Positions 1 through 8,508 are shown, counted from the stretch's first letter. The stretch: DNA of 19,781 bases from an uncultured Verrucomicrobiales bacterium (GCA_938091905.1 CALKOM010000070.1:1-19781), one strand, 5' to 3'. Program-made: numbers and translations. The notes: a model not told the origin generated them from the letters alone.

Positions 1-2
1 GC

Positions 3-152
3 GACTGGCGTGCCTCCTACGCAGTCTACGATGTAGACAATCAAGTCGTGACGGTACGTCGCCTCGATTACGACATTAAGAAGGCTCAGGAAAAGATCCT
101 CAAAGCCGGTCTGCCGGAGATGCTTGCGAATCGTCTCACACTTGGGAAGTGA
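3..152 (+). CDS. Metallophosphoesterase family protein (YfcE/calcineurin-like), C-terminal fragment cut by the window start
   Basis: Frame +3 reads DWRASYAVYDVDNQVVTVRRLDYDIKKAQEKILKAGLPEMLANRLTLGK* (TGA 150-152). This matches the typical (D)GDxRASY...R.xYD...AGLP..LA.RL..G tail of this family. Not in the ORF track. Confidence 0.8.
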   Translation, partial: DWRASYAVYDVDNQVVTVRRLDYDIKKAQEKILKAGLPEMLANRLTLGK

Positions 153-156
153 GCTC

Positions 157-1170
157 GTGAATTCAGGCGCCCCGCAAGCCCCAGCGGATCTAGCAAAGAT
201 ACGGCGTGTTCTAATCGTCAAACCAAGTTCTCTTGGCGATATCGTACACACGTTGCCAAGTCTCCACGACCTCAAATCCTCTTTCCCTGATCTAGAGATC
301 ACCTGGCTGGCCAACACCGAATGGTTGCCACTACTCGAAGGGCATTCACAACTCAAAGGAACCCTCGGCTTTCCACGTGCAGAGTTTCGCGGATTGCTCG
401 GTGGCTTAAAAGGCCTCCGGTGGATGAACGATCTCCATCATCGTTGCGCTCCGGAAGTCAGTCTCGATTTCCAAGGGCTCTTTCGCAGCGGTCTGCTCTC
501 ATGGTTCAGCCGGGCACGTCAGCGTTTCGGCCTTTCTGATGCCCGCGAAGGCGCCGGGCTGTTTCACAACTTCAAAGTCGAAGTACCCAAGGATTGCCAT
601 GCGGTGGATCGCTACCGTTACCTTGCCTCTGCGCTCGGAGCGGATGTCTCCCAACCGGCAACCTTCTTACTTCCACCGGGAACAAGCCTTTCTCGAGAGT
701 TACCGCCCCGCTTCGTTGCTATTCACCCCTTCTCGCGCGGCGAGGGCAAATCCCTGACTTTGGCTCAGATCAACGCCCTATGCGCCAAATCCACACTTCC
801 TGTGGTGCTCGTAGGGCGCTGTGACCCTGCCTTGATACGACAAATCAACGTCACGGAGCCTGGTGTCGACCTTCTCAATAAGACAACAATCCCTGAGCTG
901 ATCGCGTGCCTGCGACGCGCCACTGCCATCGTGAGTGTCGACAGCGGCCCCATGCATCTTGCAGCTGCCCTGTGTCCAGACCAACTGCTCGGCATCCATA
1001 CCTGGTCAGATCCGCGCAAAGTAGGCCCCTACCCCGCAGCGAGCTGGGTCTGGAAATCAGGGGAAATCGCTCATCGAAACGACCTATCAGCTGCGACCTG
1101 CGGCAAAGCGACCGCCTTCGAGGACGACGACGTTGACCGGGTCATCGCATGGATATCAACTCATTCCTAG
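157..1170 (+). CDS. Glycosyltransferase family 9 (LPS heptosyltransferase, WaaC/WaaF-like)
   Basis: Motifs VLIVKPSSLGDIVH, DFQGLFRSG and VSVDSGPMHLAAA. GTG 157, just after the upstream stop, is preferred over the ORF-track start at 124, which overlaps the previous gene. Confidence 0.9.
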   Translation: MNSGAPQAPADLAKIRRVLIVKPSSLGDIVHTLPSLHDLKSSFPDLEITWLANTEWLPLLEGHSQLKGTLGFPRAEFRGLLGGLKGLRWMNDLHHRCAPEVSLDFQGLFRSGLLSWFSRARQRFGLSDAREGAGLFHNFKVEVPKDCHAVDRYRYLASALGADVSQPATFLLPPGTSLSRELPPRFVAIHPFSRGEGKSLTLAQINALCAKSTLPVVLVGRCDPALIRQINVTEPGVDLLNKTTIPELIACLRRATAIVSVDSGPMHLAAALCPDQLLGIHTWSDPRKVGPYPAASWVWKSGEIAHRNDLSAATCGKATAFEDDDVDRVIAWISTHS

Positions 1171-1256
1171 CTTCTTCTCTGATCGCTACGATGTTCTTAG
1201 AGTCCTCAAGCAATATTATTTGAAAAATGTAATATCTATGATTTACTTATTAAATC

Positions 1257-2123
1257 GTGAATATTGCGCAGGCTTCAATTCCGTCTTGCGATCCGGCCTC
1301 CCCCAACGTCGCCGCCGGATCGGACAGGGATGACCAAGTCCCGAGCATTCGCGAACAGGAGGCGCTTCTCGCCCACTTCGCGGACGGACCTTTGCCTTCG
1401 CCAATGCGGCCAGGACCTGCCTCGCAACTTCCTATCGTAGCAGAAGATCCTCTCTGCATGACCAGTCTACAGCAATGGGCGTCCATAAATCATAGACTTG
1501 ACGGGATCGACGAACTCGAACGTACTTGGCTCGAACGACGGCGTTTCCGTCGCACAGAGCGCGTGATGCTCAATGCTGCTCTATACATCGCCGCAACGCT
1601 CATTGTCGGTGCCTTTGCTTTTGTCCAACTTGAAGACACCATCGCCTCCAGCCGTAATGCTGCAGATCGCGTGCGGCAAACCAATCTAGCAGAACAACAA
1701 GCGAACTGGGAACGCGAGGAGCGCGAGGCCTTGGCAGCGGCCCGGCAAGCGCTCACTCAACCGGACTGGACAGGCTTGCTAACATTCGTTAAAGATAGTC
1801 GTCAGTATCTTCCGAAAATCCGGGATCACTATCGTGACTGGAGCTATGCGCCGTTCCACGAGCCCCAGCTGCGAGTCCTTGATCGTGAAGAAACGCATGA
1901 CGGTCTCAACCGCGTGCGCGTCGCAGTGAATCCCACCAAAGCCTGGTCAAGCACTATTCTGTTAGAGAAAGTCAACGGGCGCTTTAAACTTAACTGGGAT
2001 TCCTTTGAAGGTAGATTCAACGACCCTGCGACAGGGTCGCAAGAAATTCGCCAAGCGTTTCAGTTTCGGCTTGATGATCAACTCCCCAACGCGATCGCCT
2101 ACTTCTCGCAGCAGAAGCTCTAG
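1257..2123 (+). CDS. Hypothetical single-pass membrane protein
   Basis: 288-aa ORF with a Pro-rich disordered N-terminus, a basic cluster (RRRFRRTER), a TM helix (VMLNAALYIAATLIVGAFAFV), a coiled-coil-like segment and a globular C-terminal part containing KLNWDSF. The start codon is uncertain. Confidence 0.7.
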   Translation: MNIAQASIPSCDPASPNVAAGSDRDDQVPSIREQEALLAHFADGPLPSPMRPGPASQLPIVAEDPLCMTSLQQWASINHRLDGIDELERTWLERRRFRRTERVMLNAALYIAATLIVGAFAFVQLEDTIASSRNAADRVRQTNLAEQQANWEREEREALAAARQALTQPDWTGLLTFVKDSRQYLPKIRDHYRDWSYAPFHEPQLRVLDREETHDGLNRVRVAVNPTKAWSSTILLEKVNGRFKLNWDSFEGRFNDPATGSQEIRQAFQFRLDDQLPNAIAYFSQQKL

Positions 2124-2272
2124 CATCCAAGTTTGAGGTCTTCTAGTTTACCGTATCCATGAGATTCGGTTCGCAGCCCCCGTAGCAGGCAATGTCCAAC
2201 GACATTTGTCGTCAAGCCCGAGGACATCGATCCCATCACTACAAACACAACGATAGAACGCAAGTGTTTCAT
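2120..2272 (-). CDS. Putative 50-aa small protein or truncated gene remnant coupled to the Hsp70-like gene
   Basis: ATG 2272 lies 1 nt after the Hsp70-like stop (TAG-T-ATG) and reads MKHLRSIVVFVVMGSMSSGLTT... Its stop overlaps the convergent gene's stop in CTAG 2120-2123. Confidence 0.35.
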   Translation of the reverse strand: MKHLRSIVVFVVMGSMSSGLTTNVVGHCLLRGLRTESHGYGKLEDLKLGC

Positions 2273-2273
2273 A

Positions 2274-4616
2274 CTAGCGAAGATCATGATGAGACCTCCC
2301 CATGAACCAATAGAAGTGTTCGTCCACATGCTCTCGCAACGACAACGACTCGAGATCTCCAGGACGAGTAAGATTAGGGTCCTGCACAAACGTCAAGGTA
2401 TGGGAACTCGTATCTGTTTCACGAAGCAGCATGCGCACACTGGTCACTCGGTCCCGAACCTGGAGTGCTAACAACGGAGTCACTCGATGCCGTTGCCCTT
2501 CGGTGAAAGGCGACTTCGTACTTCCCATCACCTGAAAGAAGACCACCTGCCGATTATCGAACGCAAAGGCACTCGGCGGCCGCAAAGCTTCTTCGCCCAA
2601 CACGGTATCGACCGCTTCATCACCAGGCCGAGGTTCAAACCGCGAGCCATTCGGAATAAGGTTCACAAAGTCAGGCCGCCCAATCTCCGGCGTGTGCCGG
2701 AATCCATAGGCCGCCGCTGTCGTCGGCGCACTCACCAAGATTCCCGTGTGGTTGAGCCCATACCAGCAACACCCTCGCGCCACGGCAGATTTCAAATCGT
2801 GGTCAGGCAATAAAATCTCGCGAGGTGACTTCCCCTCTTTGCGCAGGGCATCCCGCACCCGATCGGTGATCGACGGGAAACGGCAGCTACGCCCTGAGTA
2901 AATCACGGCATCCAGGTCCATCTCAGGGCTCGACCTCACAACCTCGCGCACCAGTTCATCCATCGGTATGAACACACCCTGCAACAGCTCAGGCTGCGAA
3001 TGTAAGGGATGCTCAGGCCACGGGGCATTCGTTTCGAACAACTTCCGAAAGTGCTCTTTCACCTCAACCCCTTCAAGGCCACCCTGCAAAACACTGTCAT
3101 TAATAATATCTAGCAACGCCTCATTCGCAGACAACCGCTCTCGCTTCGCCATCATCGCTCCATGCCGGACCTTAATCTCTCCCGCAGCGCGATTCCATTT
3201 CACCTTGAGACTGGTATGGTCACCGAGGCTCAGCCCTTTCGCAAAAGGATCGAAGCTACGGAAGGCTTCACCAAAGTCGTTCCTCAAGGCACGGCAGAGT
3301 GCGCGTATCAGATAGTAGTCGATCGCATCGCCACCGATGCTGTAGCCCATGCGCCCAAGGATATCAACCTTGTATCGCCGCTGACCTTCCAAGTTCAGCG
3401 CCTTAAACCGCAGGATGGTCGCATTCATCGTTGAGCCTCCCATATCGAAGACCATCACGGTCCGCGGGCGATCTGCCGGCACCTCGCGCAACCGACTGAG
3501 GTGATAGAAGAAGACGGCCTCAGCTTCCGTCAGACAACGCACCTCATCGAACTTGCCCAACTCCGCCACGACCTCACGCATGGCCTGAGCCTGAGCGAGC
3601 GTGAAGGTGTTAGGGATCGCCACGACGCAACGTGCCCCCTTCCCCTTACCTAAATTGATTTCTGGATGACGCTCCTCCAAATGCCGTTCGAAGTTCTCAT
3701 ACACATACCGCACGAGTAACCGGCTAAGATCCTTCCCCTCAAACTCCAGATTGCCATGTTGAAACTGCAACTTCAGGGGTTCACGGAACCCCAAGAAACG
3801 CTTGAACGACTGAAAGGACGCTGTGCCTGGCAAGCCGAAATCGGCCTGCGCACGAGCCCCCACCAAACGACACTCCTCAGGGATCTCGTTAGACTTAAAC
3901 TTAGGCGGTTTCGATCTCTCCCAGAAACTTCCAAACACCACCAACGACGGCGTGATCCGATCGCGCTGATCCTGATCTTGCTCGACAATGATCTGATCCC
4001 CATGGATCCCCGCCGCAATACAACTGCCAGACGTTCCCGGATCAAAGCCAACCCACGTCGCTCCAAGATCTGGACCCACAAAGAAACGCAATCGCGTCGT
4101 CGCCTTCAGCTTGCGTGCCAGAAAGGCAAAGGGCCAATCCCCGTCAACGGTCTCCGCCACAATCCGTGCAGTGACTAACGTTGGCTTGTCAACATGGCCA
4201 GACAACTTCAGCACAAAGGGAGTGAATGGATCGACCACGGTTTCCATCCCTTCCTGCTCAGGACCAAAGTGCCGCCAGTCATCTCGTGCCGCAGCAAGCG
4301 CCATCTGGATCCCACTCGGACCTTCAAACTCATCTAACGCAATCGCCAAGCAGCGAAACTTACTCGCCAAGAAACGTAGGCTGGGCCAAGCAAAGACTGC
4401 TTTCGTTGAGAGATGCAGAATCGCTTGAAAGTCGCCAGAGGCGGCGGCGGGTTCCGAAGTCAGGTAGGGACGCCGCAGTCGACCAAGTCCAGGATCATAG
4501 GTCTCGTAGGTATCGAACGGCGGTTTCCAATCTAAATGGAGGTGCCTAGCACTACACGCGCGAATCAATGCCGCGATGGCCCCCAGGAACACAAGCATGA
4601 GGACTGGGCCTAGCAT
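2274..4616 (-). CDS. Divergent Hsp70/actin-fold ATPase with N-terminal TM anchor and extra N-terminal domain
   Basis: Phosphate-1 GFDPGTSGSCIA, ITPSLVVF, SFKRFLG, VVAIPNTF, LTEAEAV, phosphate-2 VFDMGGSTMN, IGGDAID, adenosine motif YSGRSCRFP and KSAVARG. The N-terminus is hydrophobic (LGPVLMLVFLGAIAALI). Confidence 0.85.
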   Translation of the reverse strand: MLGPVLMLVFLGAIAALIRACSARHLHLDWKPPFDTYETYDPGLGRLRRPYLTSEPAAASGDFQAILHLSTKAVFAWPSLRFLASKFRCLAIALDEFEGPSGIQMALAAARDDWRHFGPEQEGMETVVDPFTPFVLKLSGHVDKPTLVTARIVAETVDGDWPFAFLARKLKATTRLRFFVGPDLGATWVGFDPGTSGSCIAAGIHGDQIIVEQDQDQRDRITPSLVVFGSFWERSKPPKFKSNEIPEECRLVGARAQADFGLPGTASFQSFKRFLGFREPLKLQFQHGNLEFEGKDLSRLLVRYVYENFERHLEERHPEINLGKGKGARCVVAIPNTFTLAQAQAMREVVAELGKFDEVRCLTEAEAVFFYHLSRLREVPADRPRTVMVFDMGGSTMNATILRFKALNLEGQRRYKVDILGRMGYSIGGDAIDYYLIRALCRALRNDFGEAFRSFDPFAKGLSLGDHTSLKVKWNRAAGEIKVRHGAMMAKRERLSANEALLDIINDSVLQGGLEGVEVKEHFRKLFETNAPWPEHPLHSQPELLQGVFIPMDELVREVVRSSPEMDLDAVIYSGRSCRFPSITDRVRDALRKEGKSPREILLPDHDLKSAVARGCCWYGLNHTGILVSAPTTAAAYGFRHTPEIGRPDFVNLIPNGSRFEPRPGDEAVDTVLGEEALRPPSAFAFDNRQVVFFQVMGSTKSPFTEGQRHRVTPLLALQVRDRVTSVRMLLRETDTSSHTLTFVQDPNLTRPGDLESLSLREHVDEHFYWFMGRSHHDLR

Positions 4617-4650
4617 GGCGGTAGTTTAGCGGTGAGTATGCCGTCAACAA
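4617..4650 (-). promoter_or_regulatory. Putative sigma70-type promoter giving a leaderless Hsp70-like transcript
   Basis: Minus strand TTGTTG-N16-TAAACT-N6-ATG(4616), with no Shine-Dalgarno. Confidence 0.5.
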
Positions 4651-4727
4651 CCCGTTTCTACACCTCGGCCGGGTCTTGACTCGAGCCACGGGAAGACCAT
4701 CGTTCCCCAGTCACCCCCGCGATCACG

Positions 4728-5927
4728 ATGAAACTGCTCACTCTCGCCCTTTTCCTGTGTCTGCCCCTCGCCTCTTCCGCCGAATCTTGGTATAAATGGC
4801 GCGGCCCGGCAGGAGATGGCATAAGCAAAGAGGCCTTACCCAGCTCCGGCTCCTGGCCAGACGACTCTCTCAACCCACTCTGGAAAAACAATGTTGGGAC
4901 GGGCTTCTCAAGTCCCGTCGTCCATGATGGTCGGCTCTTTCTCACCGGCAATGCCAATGATAGAGACACGGTCTATTGCCTCAATATCAAGAACGGCAAG
5001 ACCGTGTGGAAACACACCTGGGACAGTAAAATCTGGCCCTACCTTTATGATGGAGGCCCCAATGCAACAGCGACGATCGATGGTGATGCGGTCTACGTGC
5101 TTGGGCGCCACGGCCATTTCTTCAAGTTCGAAGCGGCCACTGGCAAGATCCATTGGCAACTCGATCTCCACATGGATCTCAAATTTAAGAAGCCCTCGTG
5201 GGGATTCACCAGCGCGCCGCTCGTCCAGGACGATTGTCTCTTCTTAAACGTCGGAAGCCACGGTATCGCGATCAATAAAGCCACAGGTAAAGCTCTCTGG
5301 CAAAGCGGCGATAATGATGCTGCATACGCAACTCCAGAACCTGTCCAGTTAGGGGACACTGGAGCGCTCATCGTCTTCGGTCCGGAGTCCTGCAGCGCTG
5401 TGATCGCAGAAACGGGCAAGGCCCTATGGGAGATCCCTTGGAAGACCAAGTACAAGGTGAACGCCGCCCAACCAATCATCGCTGACAATGAAATGTTCCT
5501 TTCTTCTGCATACGGCTTCGGTGGAGCCTTATTCACGATCAGCGACAAGGGCGCAAAGGAAGTTTGGCGAAACCAAGCCATGGAGAACCACTTCAACACC
5601 TGTGTCTTGATCGGTGAGCATCTCTACGGAATATCCGGCACCACTGCGGACAAATGCCTTCTGAAGTGCATCGCCTGGAAAACTGGCAAAACCCTCTGGC
5701 AACAAAAGGGTGTTGGCATGGGTTCTATTATCGCGGCGAAAGACCAACTGGTCGTTCTCACAGATCGCGGTGAATTGATCTTCGCTCCAGCATCACCGGA
5801 GAGCTTCTCTCCCAGCTACCGTACCCAGATCCTCGGTGGCAAGTGCTGGACACCTCCAGCGATAGCAGACGGACATCTCTATGCCCGGAACTCACGCGGC
5901 GACGTCGTTGCCGTCAAGTTGCCCTAG
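4728..5927 (+). CDS. Exported PQQ-binding-like beta-propeller protein (BamB-like repeats)
   Basis: Signal peptide MKLLTLALFLCLPLASSA, W..WRGP..DG N-terminal motif, repeated 'A.TGK..W' blades and C-terminal WTPPAIADGHLYAR. Confidence 0.9.
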   Translation: MKLLTLALFLCLPLASSAESWYKWRGPAGDGISKEALPSSGSWPDDSLNPLWKNNVGTGFSSPVVHDGRLFLTGNANDRDTVYCLNIKNGKTVWKHTWDSKIWPYLYDGGPNATATIDGDAVYVLGRHGHFFKFEAATGKIHWQLDLHMDLKFKKPSWGFTSAPLVQDDCLFLNVGSHGIAINKATGKALWQSGDNDAAYATPEPVQLGDTGALIVFGPESCSAVIAETGKALWEIPWKTKYKVNAAQPIIADNEMFLSSAYGFGGALFTISDKGAKEVWRNQAMENHFNTCVLIGEHLYGISGTTADKCLLKCIAWKTGKTLWQQKGVGMGSIIAAKDQLVVLTDRGELIFAPASPESFSPSYRTQILGGKCWTPPAIADGHLYARNSRGDVVAVKLP

Positions 5928-5950
5928 GGCGGAAGCCCATACGGCGTCAG

Positions 5951-6802
5951 TTAGTGCGTCAGCGCGTAAAAGATGATGTTGATTCCAAGAGGGAAGCAGA
6001 GCTTCTCGGAGTACTGCTTAAAAAACTCTGGATTTGCACTCTCCTCTTCCCAGCCATCAGCAATGTCATTGTTATGGCAAACTAGCATCATCATGCGCCC
6101 ATTATCATCATACCAGGCGCGGAAACGTGGGGTATCCATGGCCTCTTCGTCTTCCCATTCAAAGCCTTTTAGCTCATAGTGCTTATCCTCTCCTCGCATA
6201 GCCCATCGCTCGGCCGAATCATGGCTTGGCACTTGTGGCATGTAAGGCAGTTTGAAGACACAACTGAAGATGGGATGCTTAAAATCGAGTTCGACCGGTT
6301 CTTTGTCAGGAAACACTAGCTTCATCGAAGCAGAAACATATTCCCAAGCGCGGTCGCCCCATTGATCATCCGCCATGATGAAGCCACCACCTAGAAGATA
6401 CTTCCTCAGCGCTTCGGCTTCCTCTTCGGTAAACTCAACCTCACGCATGTCGCTCATGAACGCGAAGGGGTGTTGGAAGAGCTTCGGATCAGTGATCTCC
6501 AAATTGATGTAGACCGGATTAACCTCCATCGAGGTCAACTCCTGCAGCCGACGTGTGAAATTCCGCTCTGCCCTGGGATAGTCCGTAAAGCCCATGTCGT
6601 TATCCCCGTTGTGGCGTAGCCGCAAAAAGGTGAAATGGTCTTCAGTGAGGTCGGGATCCACGTCCCACTCACGATCAAGCCCGGCTTCCTCAGGCTTAGG
6701 CGCTCGGTAACCGCCACCACCGAAGCCACCTTGCCGTTGCGCAAGGACCAACGTGAGCGGCAAGACGATCAAGGCGAAGAGACAAGCACCGGGTTTCGAC
6801 AT
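5951..6802 (-). CDS. DUF4159 domain-containing protein
   Basis: Motifs FTFLRLRH, TDYPRAERNF, EALRKYLLGGGFIMADD, HPIF, GRMMMLVCHNNDIADGWE and LGINIIFYALTH, plus a signal peptide. ATG 6802 is chosen because TACGTT lies 7 nt upstream; the alternative start is 6823. Confidence 0.88.
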   Translation of the reverse strand: MSKPGACLFALIVLPLTLVLAQRQGGFGGGGYRAPKPEEAGLDREWDVDPDLTEDHFTFLRLRHNGDNDMGFTDYPRAERNFTRRLQELTSMEVNPVYINLEITDPKLFQHPFAFMSDMREVEFTEEEAEALRKYLLGGGFIMADDQWGDRAWEYVSASMKLVFPDKEPVELDFKHPIFSCVFKLPYMPQVPSHDSAERWAMRGEDKHYELKGFEWEDEEAMDTPRFRAWYDDNGRMMMLVCHNNDIADGWEEESANPEFFKQYSEKLCFPLGINIIFYALTH

Positions 6803-6890
6803 GACGCACAACGTAGCGGGCATTTCCCAGAGGGAAACTCAGAAGCTCAAAAGGGGGAGAACAAGATATGAGAAGAATATCACCAATGCT

Positions 6891-6935
6891 TTGCAAAAGT
6901 AGTCTTATTTGTATAATATTATGATAATTATCAAA
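6891..6935 (+). promoter_or_regulatory. AT-rich promoter with overlapping palindromic operator-like sites
   Basis: TTGCAA(6891)-N17-TAATAT, also TATAAT at 6912. Palindromes ATAATATTAT (6913-6922) and TGATAATTATCA (6922-6933). Confidence 0.55.
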
Positions 6936-7163
6936 ATGAAGCTCTTCACCTTCTATTCCCTGGCTGCTGTTGCTTGCGCCTTCGCTTTCCTGGCAAACCA
7001 AGCCAACGTCTCAGCTCAAGAGAAAGCGCCTGAATCCGTCGAGGTTGCCCTGTCCTTTTGGATTGTCGTGGGCACCAAAGCCTACATCGGTGGTGAAGAA
7101 GGTGTGAACGAACCAAGTATGAAGCCTTCTTACGACGAACTTGCGACAGCTTGGCTGCAGTAA
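6936..7163 (+). CDS. Small secreted hypothetical protein (75 aa)
   Basis: MKLFTFYSLAAVACAFAFLANQANVSA-QEK is a Sec signal peptide with a VSA cleavage site. The ORF fills the gap between the promoter and sufS. Confidence 0.7.
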   Translation: MKLFTFYSLAAVACAFAFLANQANVSAQEKAPESVEVALSFWIVVGTKAYIGGEEGVNEPSMKPSYDELATAWLQ

Positions 7164-7177
7164 ATAATGACGGCCCC

Positions 7178-7212
7178 TTGCCAGCGCGATTGAGCGAGGG
7201 CTTAATGGCGGC
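7178..7212 (+). promoter_or_regulatory. Putative promoter for leaderless sufS
   Basis: TTGCCA-N17-CTTAAT-N6-GTG(7213). Confidence 0.4.
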
Positions 7213-8445
7213 GTGAGTTCTACTGCTGCCCTGGACGTCGACGCGGTGCGTCGCGCCTTCCCGATTCTCAAACAAGAGGTCCACGGGAAACCTCTGGTCT
7301 ACCTCGACAGTGCGGCAACCGCGCAGAAGCCTCAGCCTGTCATTGAGGCAACCACCACGTTCTACGCGAACGAGAATGCCAACATCCACCGAGGTGTACA
7401 TTTCCTCAGCATGCAAGCGACACGACGCTACGATGAGGCACGCGCCCGCATTGCCCAAGCAATCGGTGCCGCAGAAGCTCGTGAAGTGATCTTTGTGCGC
7501 GGCGCCACGGAGGCAATCAATCTCGTGGCGCAGTGCTTTCTCCGATCACGCTTACAAGAAGGAGACGAAATCCTCCTCACGGAGATGGAGCACCATGCCA
7601 ACATCATCCCATGGCAACTTGTAGCCTCGGCAACGGGTGCCACGGTGAAGGCCATTCCCATCACGGACGAAGGAGTCGTAGACCTTGAGGCTGCGGCTAA
7701 CATGATGAATGAGCGTACACGCATGCTAGCGTTTGCCCATATTTCGAATGTTCTCGGTACTATCAATCCTGCGAAGGAACTCGTCTCGTTAGCCAAAGCC
7801 CAGAACATTCCCGTCCTCGTCGATGGCGCTCAAGCAATACCACATGGCCCCGTTGATGTGCAGTCGTTGGGTGCGGATTTCTACACCTTCTCTGGTCACA
7901 AAGTGTACGGCCCAGATGGCATCGGCGTTCTCTACGGGCATACCAACATCCTCAACGCCATGCCCCCCTACCAAGGTGGTGGCGATATGATCGAGCGCGT
8001 GCAGTTCGAAGGCTCTACCTTTCGAGATATTCCCGAACGCTTCGAAGCAGGTACCCCAAATATCAGCGCTGCGATCAGCCTCGCAGTAGCCTTTGATTAC
8101 CTCGAATCCCTGGGCTGGGAGAGCATTCAGGCCCACGAGACAACCCTCCTGCACACCGCGCTCGAACGTCTTGCTGAGGTTCCAGGCATCACACTCTACG
8201 GCCCGACAGAAAACCGTGCCTCCGTCGTGTCCTTTGCCATCAAGGACGTTCATCCACACGATATCGGCACCTTCCTAGATGGCGATGGCATCGCAATTCG
8301 CGTGGGGCATCATTGCGCGCAACCTCTCATGGATCGGTTAGGCGTAGCCGCCACCACACGCGCCTCATTCGCGCTCTACAACACGATTGAAGAGATCGAC
8401 AAACTCGTGGCCGCTCTCTTAAAGGTCCAACGCTTCTTTGGTTAG
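7213..8445 (+). CDS. sufS: Cysteine desulfurase, group II (SufS family)
   Basis: YLDSAATAQKP, NANIHRGVH, VDGAQ, PLP-lysine motif FSGHK, RFEAGTP and the group II signature RVGHHCAQP. Confidence 0.95.
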   Translation: MSSTAALDVDAVRRAFPILKQEVHGKPLVYLDSAATAQKPQPVIEATTTFYANENANIHRGVHFLSMQATRRYDEARARIAQAIGAAEAREVIFVRGATEAINLVAQCFLRSRLQEGDEILLTEMEHHANIIPWQLVASATGATVKAIPITDEGVVDLEAAANMMNERTRMLAFAHISNVLGTINPAKELVSLAKAQNIPVLVDGAQAIPHGPVDVQSLGADFYTFSGHKVYGPDGIGVLYGHTNILNAMPPYQGGGDMIERVQFEGSTFRDIPERFEAGTPNISAAISLAVAFDYLESLGWESIQAHETTLLHTALERLAEVPGITLYGPTENRASVVSFAIKDVHPHDIGTFLDGDGIAIRVGHHCAQPLMDRLGVAATTRASFALYNTIEEIDKLVAALLKVQRFFG

Positions 8446-8508
8446 AACGTGAGCCCGAACGGATACCCGATCAGGTATCGTTGTAGCGCTGGCCTATTCA
8501 TTAGAACG

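Noticed and set aside
124..156. ORF-track start of the GT9 gene at 124
   Set aside because: It overlaps the metallophosphoesterase 3' end; GTG 157 fits better.
2274..4616. Calling this gene dnaK
   Set aside because: The motifs are divergent, it has an N-terminal TM and extra domain, it lacks a canonical substrate-binding domain, and no dnaJ or grpE is nearby.
6823..6837. Small inverted repeat TTTCCC-AGA-GGGAAA upstream of DUF4159
   Set aside because: It has only 6-bp arms and I saw no second copy, so it is too weak to call as an operator.
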